From positions 8,187-72,186 of the forward strand of contig CAVYHK010000031.1 of assembly GCA_963768145.1 (NCBI GenBank): a DNA stretch of 64,000 bases. The letters run 5' to 3'. Origin of the DNA: an uncultured Bacteroidota bacterium (lineage in GTDB: Bacteria; Bacteroidota; Ignavibacteria; Kryptoniales; JAKASW01). Positions within the stretch are counted from its first letter, which is position 1. Every line of letters begins with the position of its first letter. The translations under genes were made by a program, and so were the position numbers. This document shows positions 1-8,553 of this stretch, in pieces. The notes beneath the pieces were generated by a model. The model did no database searches. It was given only the letters and a program-made list of their open reading frames with translations, and was not told the origin of the DNA.

Positions 1-299
1 AATACTTGAACACAATCAGAAGCAAAAAAGTTTAACGACCCTGTATTTCCGGACTACGGATCGGCTGTTTTTAGCATCGCCGCAAATGCTTGACAAAGTG
101 GAACATGGAAACTAAATTGAGATGCGATGATTGTGTATGCCAGTGAATCGCGAGATGGGAGGTTGAACAAGATCAATCGATTAGACCAAGCTTTACATAC
201 AAAAGACATAACAACGACATCCCGACCTGCGTCGGGACAAGTTATGGCGTGTAACGTGCTGCATATGGCGGGAAGACGCCATATGGCAGATTTCAGGTA

Positions 300-504
300 G
301 TTCCAGCGAACATTCGCGAAGCGATGATTCGACGTTGCCTTTCCGCACCTTGTGTGTTTCCACATAGGCTGACTGTTGACTTGGACTTCGAGCCATTTAA
401 CAGAGTCGTGCATCCTTTCGGATTCTTTTATTTCTGCAAGGATTCCACCCTTACAAGAACACGTCGAATCAAAGCTCGCTTCGCGAATAAGCGTCCGCTG
501 GAAC
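300..504. repeat. Long imperfect inverted repeat (gene-less, attC-like or structured RNA)
   Basis: Perfect stacked helices: 300-308/496-504 (gttccagcg/cgctggaac), 312-324/476-488 and 325-335/461-471. Confidence 0.7.
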
Positions 505-556
505 GTGCCGCGCGACCAGCGGCGTTCCAAGAGCCGACGCCCGCTTCGCGAACGTC

Positions 557-728
557 GTGGAACACCGCAAAAAACGTCATGGCGAATAAAATAGACGAAT
601 CGGCAGGCATCATCGAATAGTGACTGCGACCTCAACGGCTCCATGATGTCACCGTCTTGTAGTCATACGTTTCAGTAACTGCCGATTCAAAAATTCGCCA
701 CGAACGTTTTTCGCGCGGCACGTTATGC
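557..728 (+). repeat. attC-like recombination site 0 (divergent, 172 bp)
   Basis: gtggAAC...GTTatgc; arms aaaaacgt/acgttttt, tggcgaat/attcgcca and gaatcggcag/ctgccgattc; shares tcatggc...gccacga with the other sites. Confidence 0.7.
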
Positions 729-769
729 GCAACGCCGCGACATATTCGTCTGAGTGACAATGAGGTGAT

Positions 770-1327
770 ATGAAGAAGTCCGATTTTTCTACGATTGCAT
801 TTTGTATCGCTGGAATATTTTCAGTCGTCGAGGGTTTGCTTATTCTAAGAGGACCACTCCAGATGCTGATAGTTCCTAGCGACTTTCGCCCACCGATAGC
901 ATCCGCCGCTTTCGTCCTTTTTCTTGCTCCCGTGATTCTCTTGTTACTCGGGGTTGTTCTTATTGCTTTTGCGAACAAAATAGGGAAAAAGTTGTTACCC
1001 GACGCGTCACAAGAACAAGTGAGCATCAGCTTGCAGGCCAAAGACCTCAAGACAATTTTGTTTTCCTTTGCGGGGCTTTTGCTCATCGGATTTGCGATTG
1101 CACCAACGCTTGAGAACATCGCTAGACTGATCGACCTTCACAACGATTTCAACTTTGTAGGCGAAAACCAACTGAGAAGGTTAGCGCGGGACTTGGGATG
1201 GACGCTGGCAGGTGGCGGTCTGCAACTGTTGTTCGGTGTTGCACTCCTCTTCCGGTGGAAGAGCAACCGTGGTTTCCTGCGAAAGCTCAGACCTATGGGT
1301 TCTCTGGATGAAGGCGACAGGAAGTAA
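770..1327 (+). CDS. Hypothetical integral membrane protein (about 4 TM), cassette 1
   Basis: 185-aa ORF with gagg RBS and four hydrophobic segments; fills the space between sites 0 and 1. Confidence 0.8.
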   Translation: MKKSDFSTIAFCIAGIFSVVEGLLILRGPLQMLIVPSDFRPPIASAAFVLFLAPVILLLLGVVLIAFANKIGKKLLPDASQEQVSISLQAKDLKTILFSFAGLLLIGFAIAPTLENIARLIDLHNDFNFVGENQLRRLARDLGWTLAGGGLQLLFGVALLFRWKSNRGFLRKLRPMGSLDEGDRK

Positions 1328-1357
1328 AGTGGTGCCAAGTTATTTTCGCGGCGCTGC

Positions 1358-1473
1358 GCATAACAGCGCGAAAAAAGACGCTCGCCATTCTATATTGCAA
1401 GTGCTCGCTTCATGGCGCGCACATTATAGGCTGCAAGGAGCGCGCCACGACTTTTTTCGCGCAAACGTTAGGC
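1358..1473 (+). repeat. attC-like recombination site 1 (116 bp)
   Basis: gcatAAC...GTTaggc; 12-bp stem gcgcgaaaaaag/cttttttcgcgc; inner stem tggcgcgc/gcgcgcca. Confidence 0.9.
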
Positions 1474-1562
1474 GCAATGCCCCTTCTTTAGAATTATAAA
1501 GAGTGAGCACAAAACTAAAGCGGCATACTAAGAGAATTCATATCAAATAAGGAGAAGAGCAC

Positions 1563-2303
1563 ATGCCAACCGGAATAGAGGAAGCAGTCGCAACTGCTGC
1601 CGCCGAGATAGCGAAAGAGTCTTCAGTTGAAATAGCAAGAGGAGCACACTCCGAACTTACGTCGGAAATCGCTGAAGCGCCAGAAGTCAAAAAGGTCAAC
1701 TTGGTGAATGAAGCTGGATTAAAAGAGCATAAAGTCAGACTCAAAGACGTAGATGGGATATTCGATAGTCTCAAAGAGAGAGGTATCAAAAGCATCACGA
1801 AGGCAAGTGAGGAATTAGGAGATCGTCTATCGCGAGCCGAACTCGAAAGGCGCCACAATTCGATCCTGGAAGTCCAACCGAGATATGGCATAAACCCTGA
1901 GACAAACTATCCATTTCGAGCCGATTACAAATTCGCAAGAGAACCAGGATCAAGCCTTAGGGAAGTTGTAAAAACTGGAAATCACTTCTCGGTTACCGAG
2001 AAGATTTCTTCTGTAAGAAAAGAAGCTTTACTGGATGTAAAGAATCACAGCGTGGATTCGATAAATCGTTTTTTACCCGATACATTGGAAAAGATCGAGC
2101 GAATGAAACGAATGTCTCCCGATACAGAGACGGTAATCTCAGTTCCAGAAGACGTGGCACTAAACCGAGGTTCCGCGAATGCTATTATAAGGATGCAAGA
2201 TGCTGGAGCAAGAGTGATTACCCATGCGCCTTATGAGGCCACCATGCGTCAAGCAATTCGTCGGTACTTCGAAATGAAGTCCAACTCACAACCAAAATCA
2301 TGA
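1563..2303 (+). CDS. Putative PD-(D/E)XK restriction-endonuclease-fold protein with low-complexity Ala/Glu-rich N-terminus, cassette 2
   Basis: aaggag RBS; motif order SEELGD (helix-1 Glu), FRADY (catalytic Asp), LLDVKN (D-x-K); ATGA overlap with the downstream ATPase. Confidence 0.6.
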   Translation: MPTGIEEAVATAAAEIAKESSVEIARGAHSELTSEIAEAPEVKKVNLVNEAGLKEHKVRLKDVDGIFDSLKERGIKSITKASEELGDRLSRAELERRHNSILEVQPRYGINPETNYPFRADYKFAREPGSSLREVVKTGNHFSVTEKISSVRKEALLDVKNHSVDSINRFLPDTLEKIERMKRMSPDTETVISVPEDVALNRGSANAIIRMQDAGARVITHAPYEATMRQAIRRYFEMKSNSQPKS

Positions 2304-5300
2304 ACAATGCCATTAGAGTTTTAGGGTGGTACGGTCGACTTCGAGCTGATCAAGTTGCCGCGTCCACCATCTCCTACGAAAAGGAAGGTCAGAGCCGCGA
2401 CAATGACCAGGCGGCAAAGAAGATTGCGGAAGGCAACTTGATCGTAGCCGACCTGATTGACAAAGCTCTGGGAAAAACCAGAGAGATTGATATACTGGTT
2501 TTCAAGGCAGACGGAGAAATAGTATTTCAATTGCAAGGTAACTTCAGTTCAGCAGAGATCGAAGTTCCAGGCGTTGTCATTGAGGAATGCGAGAACGGAG
2601 TGAATCGTTTGATCGGAACAAAGACGTGTCACATGGGAATTTTCGACCCTCTCTTTATTTCAAGTCAATATCCTGATACTCTTATTTCGAAATTACGGAA
2701 GTTCGATGACGGAAACGGATTCGCATTTAGAATATTATCGGGTTTGCCTAGGTCTAATGCTCATGACCTAAATGATGAGTCAATAAAAGCTGCCACCGCA
2801 GCAAACAAAATACATTCCCTTGAAGTGCAAAAGACGCCAAAGTTCTTCGCTAATCTAAGAGGAAGCAAGTCATTTTCTGTGTCAAATGACAGTTGGGAAG
2901 GCTATGCAAAGATAGCTGCCGAGTATTACGCGGCGACCTTTAAAAATGTGGGAAGATTGTTGAAGTGTCAGATGTTCGCATGGGGCAAAGATATCGATTC
3001 TTTGCTTCTGGAACTTTCTAATCTCAGGTTACCATCTCATCCTTTTCAGCTAGACTTTTCCGTGACTGGTGATGTGCCTGACTTTGATCCAAAACCTGAG
3101 AAGGTTGATGCTTCTGACTATAATCTTGTCAAGGATTTCTTTTCTATGGAAAGACAAGCCGAATTGCGACAATTCGTCTCGAGAGATGCACTAAGCACGC
3201 TTTTGAGTCTGTGCCCTTTCGAAGTGCCAGGCATAAAATACATTTGGGAACCTCAGTTCAACATGAATCCACCAAGACTCGATGCCGATGGAAAGGAATT
3301 CAGTATTGGGAAAGTTCAGAGCAAAGGCATACCTCTCTCCGACTTCAAGCTGTCCCCCCAAAGGCTAACTGAGCACGTCTTCATTACAGGTAAAACGGGT
3401 AGCGGTAAAACGAACTCATGTAAAATCATTGCCGACAAATTGCTCGATCAATGTCAGATAATTGTATTGGAGTCTGCCAAGAATGAGTACGCAGGATGGG
3501 CAGCCGAGCACGAGGTGAAATACTTTGCTCCAGGCAGCCGTAATTTCAATGACCTTTCTTTCCCCATTTTTAGGATTCCTTACGAAAAGAGCAATACTGG
3601 ATTCTGCACAAGACTACCAGCTTCGGAACATATCGGTGGTCTCTGGGGAGTAATTTCATCGGCGTTCCCACTCGAAGGACCAATGATACCTCTTCTTAAG
3701 CGTGCCTTGCACCGAGTTTATGAGGATTATGGTTGGGCATTGACAGGGGCAAAAGCAAACATTTTCCAAGATGTCGGCGATCCTAAGTTTCCATCTGTCG
3801 AAGCCTTGTGCGCAATTCTTGCAAAGCTTGTTGATGAATTAGGATACGAAGGAGAAATACGTTCCAACATAGAAGCAGCACTAGTGAATCGTTTGAGAGA
3901 TTTGCATGTTGGAGTAAGAAAAGAGATTTTCTCTGAAAGCGAAGAAAGTCGATTTTCTATTTTTGATTTGCTCAGAACCTCAGAACCAAGTCCTAACAAC
4001 CACATCGTCATTTCTTTTGATAACTTGGAATCTGAAGAAGACAAAGCTCTCGCGTTGGGACTATTCCTGTTGCGATTACGTGAGCAGGTGAGAATCGATG
4101 GCATCAGACATAATCATTTGCGGAGATTGGTCATCATCGAGGAAGCTCATAGAATTGTACCAAACGTCAAGTCCGAGGCAACGATCAACCCCAGTGTGGG
4201 ACAACAGAAGGAACAGGCTGTTTCGAGATTCAATGATTCCATATCCGAGATGCGGGCATACGGAGTCGGATTTATGATCGTGGACCAATCGCCGTCCAAA
4301 GTGTCCTTGGACGTGCTTAGAAATATCGGTACTAAGATTGTGCATTCAGTGCAGGAGGAAGATGACCGGAAGGCGGCCTGCTCAATCCTTGGGGAAGAAC
4401 CTGAGATAGGGAGTTATCTTGTTGGGTTAGACCGCGGATTTGCCCTCGTGCACACCCGCGGCATGCAAAAGTCGGAACTAGTGAAGGTCACCGAACGGAG
4501 AAACAGTGATTTGTTGCCAAAGAAAAGGAAGACTCCCGACACATTTGAAGATGAACCATTCGAAGTTGAGGATGTCTGCAACCATTTACTGAGCGAGTTG
4601 ATTACGGGACTTGTATCCTTAGATAGGTCTGACGGTTCGATTGATCATATGCGCAGAAATGAAGTTGACCTATTTTTGCGCTATGGCATAAGGTCAGAGC
4701 AGGGAAAGCAGCGGGCTTGGCAATCTTTGTGTGAAGGAAAACCAGATGTCGGTTTGGTCGCTGATTGCGCATCTTGTCAATTAAAATGTCGGATTCCCGC
4801 CATCCTGCAGATCGTTGCACAAAGGGATGGAACGGTGATTGGTTCAACCAAAGCTGATGAATACTCCACAGCAGAACTTTTCCTTTCCACAATTCAATTA
4901 TGGAAATCAAGATCGATAAATGTTGCTCGGTCAGTAAATGAACTCACAAGCCACGTTGTCAGCGAATACATCCTGCCTAAAAGTAAAAACACATCCGACA
5001 GAGATTTACTTTATGATGATATAGAAAAGCTTTGCAATGGATTCGTGCAATGTCTAGCGCTCCATTCCAATTATAACAGAGAGCTGGCCAACATTGTTAT
5101 TTCCTTGGCAGGCAGTCAAGAACTCTCGAATTTACCAAGTCCAGAAAGTGCAACAACCACGGTTGGAAAGACATCGAAATTGAAAGACGACATCGAGGAG
5201 AGACCTCTACCATTATCTGCGGTAAATACATTTGACAGAGCCGAGGAAAGCGTTATCGGTCAAACTCTAATAGAATACATTGATGAAAAGGTCGGGATAT

Positions 5301-5401
5301 TTCTTAAGGAATTGCGCAGCGTTAAGAATTACTTTTCATTATTTACACTGTCGCTTCTGATTATGATTGTAGTCTTCTTCATCCTGTTTCTGGTAAAATG
5401 A
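2300..5401 (+). CDS. HerA/FtsK-superfamily (DUF87-like) ATPase with C-terminal transmembrane tail, cassette 2
   Basis: Walker A ITGKTGSGKTN, Walker B LVIIEEAHR, HerA motif SEMRAYGVGFMIVDQSPS; CASCQLKC cysteine cluster; ends in hydrophobic FSLFTLSLLIMIVVFFILFLVK. Confidence 0.88.
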   Translation: MNNAIRVLGWYGRLRADQVAASTISYEKEGQSRDNDQAAKKIAEGNLIVADLIDKALGKTREIDILVFKADGEIVFQLQGNFSSAEIEVPGVVIEECENGVNRLIGTKTCHMGIFDPLFISSQYPDTLISKLRKFDDGNGFAFRILSGLPRSNAHDLNDESIKAATAANKIHSLEVQKTPKFFANLRGSKSFSVSNDSWEGYAKIAAEYYAATFKNVGRLLKCQMFAWGKDIDSLLLELSNLRLPSHPFQLDFSVTGDVPDFDPKPEKVDASDYNLVKDFFSMERQAELRQFVSRDALSTLLSLCPFEVPGIKYIWEPQFNMNPPRLDADGKEFSIGKVQSKGIPLSDFKLSPQRLTEHVFITGKTGSGKTNSCKIIADKLLDQCQIIVLESAKNEYAGWAAEHEVKYFAPGSRNFNDLSFPIFRIPYEKSNTGFCTRLPASEHIGGLWGVISSAFPLEGPMIPLLKRALHRVYEDYGWALTGAKANIFQDVGDPKFPSVEALCAILAKLVDELGYEGEIRSNIEAALVNRLRDLHVGVRKEIFSESEESRFSIFDLLRTSEPSPNNHIVISFDNLESEEDKALALGLFLLRLREQVRIDGIRHNHLRRLVIIEEAHRIVPNVKSEATINPSVGQQKEQAVSRFNDSISEMRAYGVGFMIVDQSPSKVSLDVLRNIGTKIVHSVQEEDDRKAACSILGEEPEIGSYLVGLDRGFALVHTRGMQKSELVKVTERRNSDLLPKKRKTPDTFEDEPFEVEDVCNHLLSELITGLVSLDRSDGSIDHMRRNEVDLFLRYGIRSEQGKQRAWQSLCEGKPDVGLVADCASCQLKCRIPAILQIVAQRDGTVIGSTKADEYSTAELFLSTIQLWKSRSINVARSVNELTSHVVSEYILPKSKNTSDRDLLYDDIEKLCNGFVQCLALHSNYNRELANIVISLAGSQELSNLPSPESATTTVGKTSKLKDDIEERPLPLSAVNTFDRAEESVIGQTLIEYIDEKVGIFLKELRSVKNYFSLFTLSLLIMIVVFFILFLVK

Positions 5402-5440
5402 ATCAGCCTAGATCGCTAATCAATTGGGGTCGGGCACTGC

Positions 5441-5555
5441 GCTTAACAAGCAAGAAAAAGACGCTCCACATTATATATGCAAGGGGGTCGCTTCATGGCG
5501 CGCACATTAGATAAAGAAGGAGTGCGCCACGACTTTTTCTTGCGGGGCGTTATCT
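5441..5555 (+). repeat. attC-like recombination site 2 (115 bp)
   Basis: gcttAAC...GTTatct; stem gcaagaaaaag/ctttttcttgc; closely similar to site 1. Confidence 0.9.
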
Positions 5556-5595
5556 GCAATTGCCCGTCAGTCTGTTCCAAGAAAGAGGAGGAGAT

Positions 5596-7701
5596 ATGAA
5601 ACGGCGTGCTCAATTGATTTCGGTTATGTTTTTGCTCCTAGTATTTTACAATGAGATAATGGCTCAGTGGGTTCGGACTCAGGGGCCATACGGCGGCAAT
5701 GTGTGGACGTTAGCGAGCAATGGTTCCACTCTCTTTGCAGGGACCGATCATGGGCTGTTCAGCACCACAAACAACGGCTCACTCTGGACGGCAACAGACG
5801 CTGGGCTAGCTGGCTCGAAGGTCCTTGGGCTGGCATTTAAAAGCTCTAATGCTTTTGTTGCCACCGCAGGAGAAGGGGTCTTTCTTTCTACGAATAACGG
5901 TGATGCTTGGGAGCCCATCAACACGGGACTAACTGAGACTTATGTCTACGCTCTTGCCATAAGCGACAGCGTTATTTTTGCAGCAACAGATCGTCACGGA
6001 GTTTTCCTTTCCACCAACAACGGAACAAACTGGTCTGCGGCCAATAGCGGTATCACGACTCAGGATGTGTATTGCCTATCGGTGGCGGGTACGAAAGTAT
6101 TCGCAGGGACTGATAGTGGGATCTTTGTCTCCACAAATGACGGTGCAAGCTGGTCTGCCGCAAACGTAGGCTTGACAAAGAAACTCGTCGAGTCATTTGC
6201 TGTTAACGGCAATAATATCTTCGCGGGAACTTGGGGAGCCGGGGTGTTCCTTTCCACAAACGGCGGCGCAAGCTGGGCTCCTACAAATAACAAACTTTCG
6301 GGCGCCCATGTTTATTCACTGACCGTCAGTGGAACCAGTGTTTTTGCCAGCACAATGGAAACCCCCTTCGTCTTCTCCACAACAGACAGCGGAAATTCGT
6401 GGACTGCGATTGGCATAGCGCAAACGCAGTTTGGTGTGCCCGCTTTGATCGCGAATGGCGGAGTCCTCTTCGCAGGGACTTTTGGCGGCGGCGTGTTTCT
6501 TAGCACGAACAACGGTAAAGATTGGACGCAAGCGAGCACAGGGCTGACCGACTTGGGCATTCAGAGTCTAACCGTATCTAGCGGTTCCATTGTTGCGGGA
6601 ACTTATGGAGAGGGAGCCTTCCTTTCATCTGACAACGGCAATAGTTGGGGTACTTCAGATAACGGATTCACATTGCCGTTTACCTACGTTAATTCCCTGG
6701 TCATCAGCGGTACGAACCTTCTGGCAGCTACTCTAAATGGTATCTTTCTTTCTACGGACAACGGGGCGCACTGGAACTTGGTCGGAAGCGATTTGATAAG
6801 CGGTTCGGTCCCTAGTCTTGCCATAAGCAACGGAAATCTCTTTGCCTGTTCCAATACTGATCATATTTATCGTTCGACCGATAACGGCCAAAGCTGGACT
6901 GCAGCCAGCTCAGGTTTCGTAAATCCTCCAGGGTCTGAGATCATTTCCAGCGTAGCTTGCCTTGCCTCAAGTCGCTCAGGACTCTTGGCGGGTAGCACGG
7001 GACGGGGCGTGTTTCTGTCGACTGACAGTGGCGCAAGCTGGAACGCGGTTAACACTGGTCTTACTGGTGGCTACGTTACTGCACTCGTGGCAAATGACAG
7101 CTCCGTGCTTGCAGGAAGTTGGGGAGTCTTTCTTTCTACCGATGGCGGTGTACATTGGAACGCCGCCGACAGTGGCTTACCTTCGCCATACCCAGGGATT
7201 AATTGTTTCGAATTCTTCGGTTCCAATGTGTTTGCTGGCACCGACGGCGGAGGCATCTTTCTCTCAACTGACAGAGGCTTAAGTTGGGCTGCTGTCAATA
7301 TGGGGCTAGAGGGTGCACGCGTCCTATCCATAGCAGTGAGTGGCAAGGACCTTCTCGCAGGTACAGAGAGCGGATTGTGGAAGCGCCCTCTTTCCGAAAT
7401 GATTACAGCGGTAGAGACCAGGTCGAATCCCATCCCATCAGCTTTCTCCCTCATGCAGAACTATCCTAATCCATTTAATCCATCGACCATCATTAGCTAC
7501 CATTTGGCAACAAATGCCAATGTGGTCTTGAGAATTTTCGATGTTCTCGGGCGGCAAGTCGGAACACTTGTCAATGAGCGTCAGAGAGCGGGTGACCATT
7601 CCGTGAAGTTTGACGGGGGCGCTCTACCAAGCGGTGTATATTTCTATAAACTTGAAACGGGCGTGTACCATGACACCAAAAAGTTGCTCATGCTCAAGTG
7701 A
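5596..7701 (+). CDS. Secreted BNR/Asp-box repeat beta-propeller protein with T9SS C-terminal sorting domain, cassette 3
   Basis: gaggaggag RBS before ATG 5596; Sec signal peptide; many S-T-D/N-N-G-x-x-W Asp-box repeats; CTD LMQNYPNPFNPST...KKLLMLK. Confidence 0.9.
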   Translation: MKRRAQLISVMFLLLVFYNEIMAQWVRTQGPYGGNVWTLASNGSTLFAGTDHGLFSTTNNGSLWTATDAGLAGSKVLGLAFKSSNAFVATAGEGVFLSTNNGDAWEPINTGLTETYVYALAISDSVIFAATDRHGVFLSTNNGTNWSAANSGITTQDVYCLSVAGTKVFAGTDSGIFVSTNDGASWSAANVGLTKKLVESFAVNGNNIFAGTWGAGVFLSTNGGASWAPTNNKLSGAHVYSLTVSGTSVFASTMETPFVFSTTDSGNSWTAIGIAQTQFGVPALIANGGVLFAGTFGGGVFLSTNNGKDWTQASTGLTDLGIQSLTVSSGSIVAGTYGEGAFLSSDNGNSWGTSDNGFTLPFTYVNSLVISGTNLLAATLNGIFLSTDNGAHWNLVGSDLISGSVPSLAISNGNLFACSNTDHIYRSTDNGQSWTAASSGFVNPPGSEIISSVACLASSRSGLLAGSTGRGVFLSTDSGASWNAVNTGLTGGYVTALVANDSSVLAGSWGVFLSTDGGVHWNAADSGLPSPYPGINCFEFFGSNVFAGTDGGGIFLSTDRGLSWAAVNMGLEGARVLSIAVSGKDLLAGTESGLWKRPLSEMITAVETRSNPIPSAFSLMQNYPNPFNPSTIISYHLATNANVVLRIFDVLGRQVGTLVNERQRAGDHSVKFDGGALPSGVYFYKLETGVYHDTKKLLMLK

Positions 7702-7712
7702 CGGGCAACAGC

Positions 7713-7847
7713 AGATTACAAGCAAGAAAAAGACGCTCCATATTATATACGCAAGGTGGTCGCTTCATTGCTCTCGCCCGTTATCTCGATGCTCCGCAAC
7801 TTTTATGGCGGGCGAGAGCAACGACTCTTTCTTGCGATACGTTAGCC
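7713..7847 (+). repeat. attC-like recombination site 3 (135 bp; left core agattac, AAC mutated)
   Basis: Same arms gcaagaaaaagacgctcca...gactctttcttgc; inner stem ttgctctcgccc/gggcgagagcaa; right core GTTagcc. Confidence 0.85.
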
Positions 7848-7883
7848 GCCACGCAACGGCAGGGAAAGCTACGAAGAGGTTTT

Positions 7884-8357
7884 ATGAATAGAAGGTCATA
7901 TCTACTTTTTTTCACGGTGATTTTGCTGGTTGGGGGTTCGTGCAGAAAATCGCCCACTGGCCCTCAGTTACCTTCTCAACCGGTCGAGAACACTGATCGG
8001 ACACAATACTATTTCTCTACGGCTGATTACAAAGATACGGTCTGGGTAGAGGTGGAGAACGGAACGGACTCAACTATTTACAGGTGGTACCCACATGCGA
8101 CTGTTGATCTCAAACAAGCAGACGGAACCTGGCAGGTCGGGGGCATCATAGACGAGACGCCTTTGGGGCCAGTTCTCCCACACAAGACCGCAAGGAGATG
8201 GATGTTCATAATGAACGACGACAGTGTTTGGTCGGTCGGAACTTACTCTTTCAACGCAGAGGTATTCTTTACTGACGACCAGACCTGCGCGACGAAAGGG
8301 TGCGTAAGCGTAAGTGTGCGATCTAACCCTTTTTCACTAGGATGGAAGGAACCTTGA
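7884..8357 (+). CDS. Hypothetical lipoprotein, cassette 4
   Basis: True start is likely MNRRSYLLFFTVILLVGGSC (lipobox-like GGSC) after gagg RBS; the longer ORF call runs through the attC-like site. Confidence 0.75.
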   Translation: MNRRSYLLFFTVILLVGGSCRKSPTGPQLPSQPVENTDRTQYYFSTADYKDTVWVEVENGTDSTIYRWYPHATVDLKQADGTWQVGGIIDETPLGPVLPHKTARRWMFIMNDDSVWSVGTYSFNAEVFFTDDQTCATKGCVSVSVRSNPFSLGWKEP

Positions 8358-8385
8358 GGAGCGACATCACCAGCCGCCGTGCGGC

Positions 8386-8516
8386 GGCTAACATGCGGGA
8401 CAAAGACGCTTCCCGATCAGGATCATATCGGGACAGGCTATTTAAGGATCGCTTCATGGCACGCACATTATTTCAAGAAGGAGCGCGGGAGGGCGTGATT
8501 CTCGCGCACGTTATCT
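8386..8516 (+). repeat. attC-like recombination site 4 (131 bp, partly eroded)
   Basis: ggctAAC...GTTatct; retains aaagacgct, tcgcttcatggc and cgcacatta; contains an extra hairpin tcccgat...atcggga. Confidence 0.8.
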
Positions 8517-8553
8517 GCCATGCGTCTGATATAGGTAATATCAAGGAGACAAC

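Noticed and set aside
1-200. 3' end of an upstream cassette gene
   Set aside because: All + frames stop within ~120 nt and no family is recognisable; it cannot be called without upstream sequence.
54-644. 196-aa minus-strand ORF as the integron integrase
   Set aside because: The position and orientation would fit, but no tyrosine-recombinase motifs (HxLRHxxAT, LGH, catalytic Tyr) are visible and it runs through hairpin DNA.
2300-5401. Conjugative VirB4/TraG coupling protein of an ICE
   Set aside because: No relaxase, T4SS or integrase genes nearby; the gene is confined to a two-gene cassette. The ATPase superfamily is shared, so it is not excluded on sequence alone.
5560-5595. Longer starts for cassette genes given by the ORF track (5560, 7698, 9890)
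   Set aside because: The extensions lie in or next to attC-like or spacer DNA; downstream ATGs have clear RBSs and signal-peptide or family-typical starts.
1358-8516. Intergenic palindromes as simple rho-independent terminators or REPs
   Set aside because: Although some have T-runs, they are 115-135 bp with AAC/GTT cores and cassette-specific end complementarity, which terminators would not explain.
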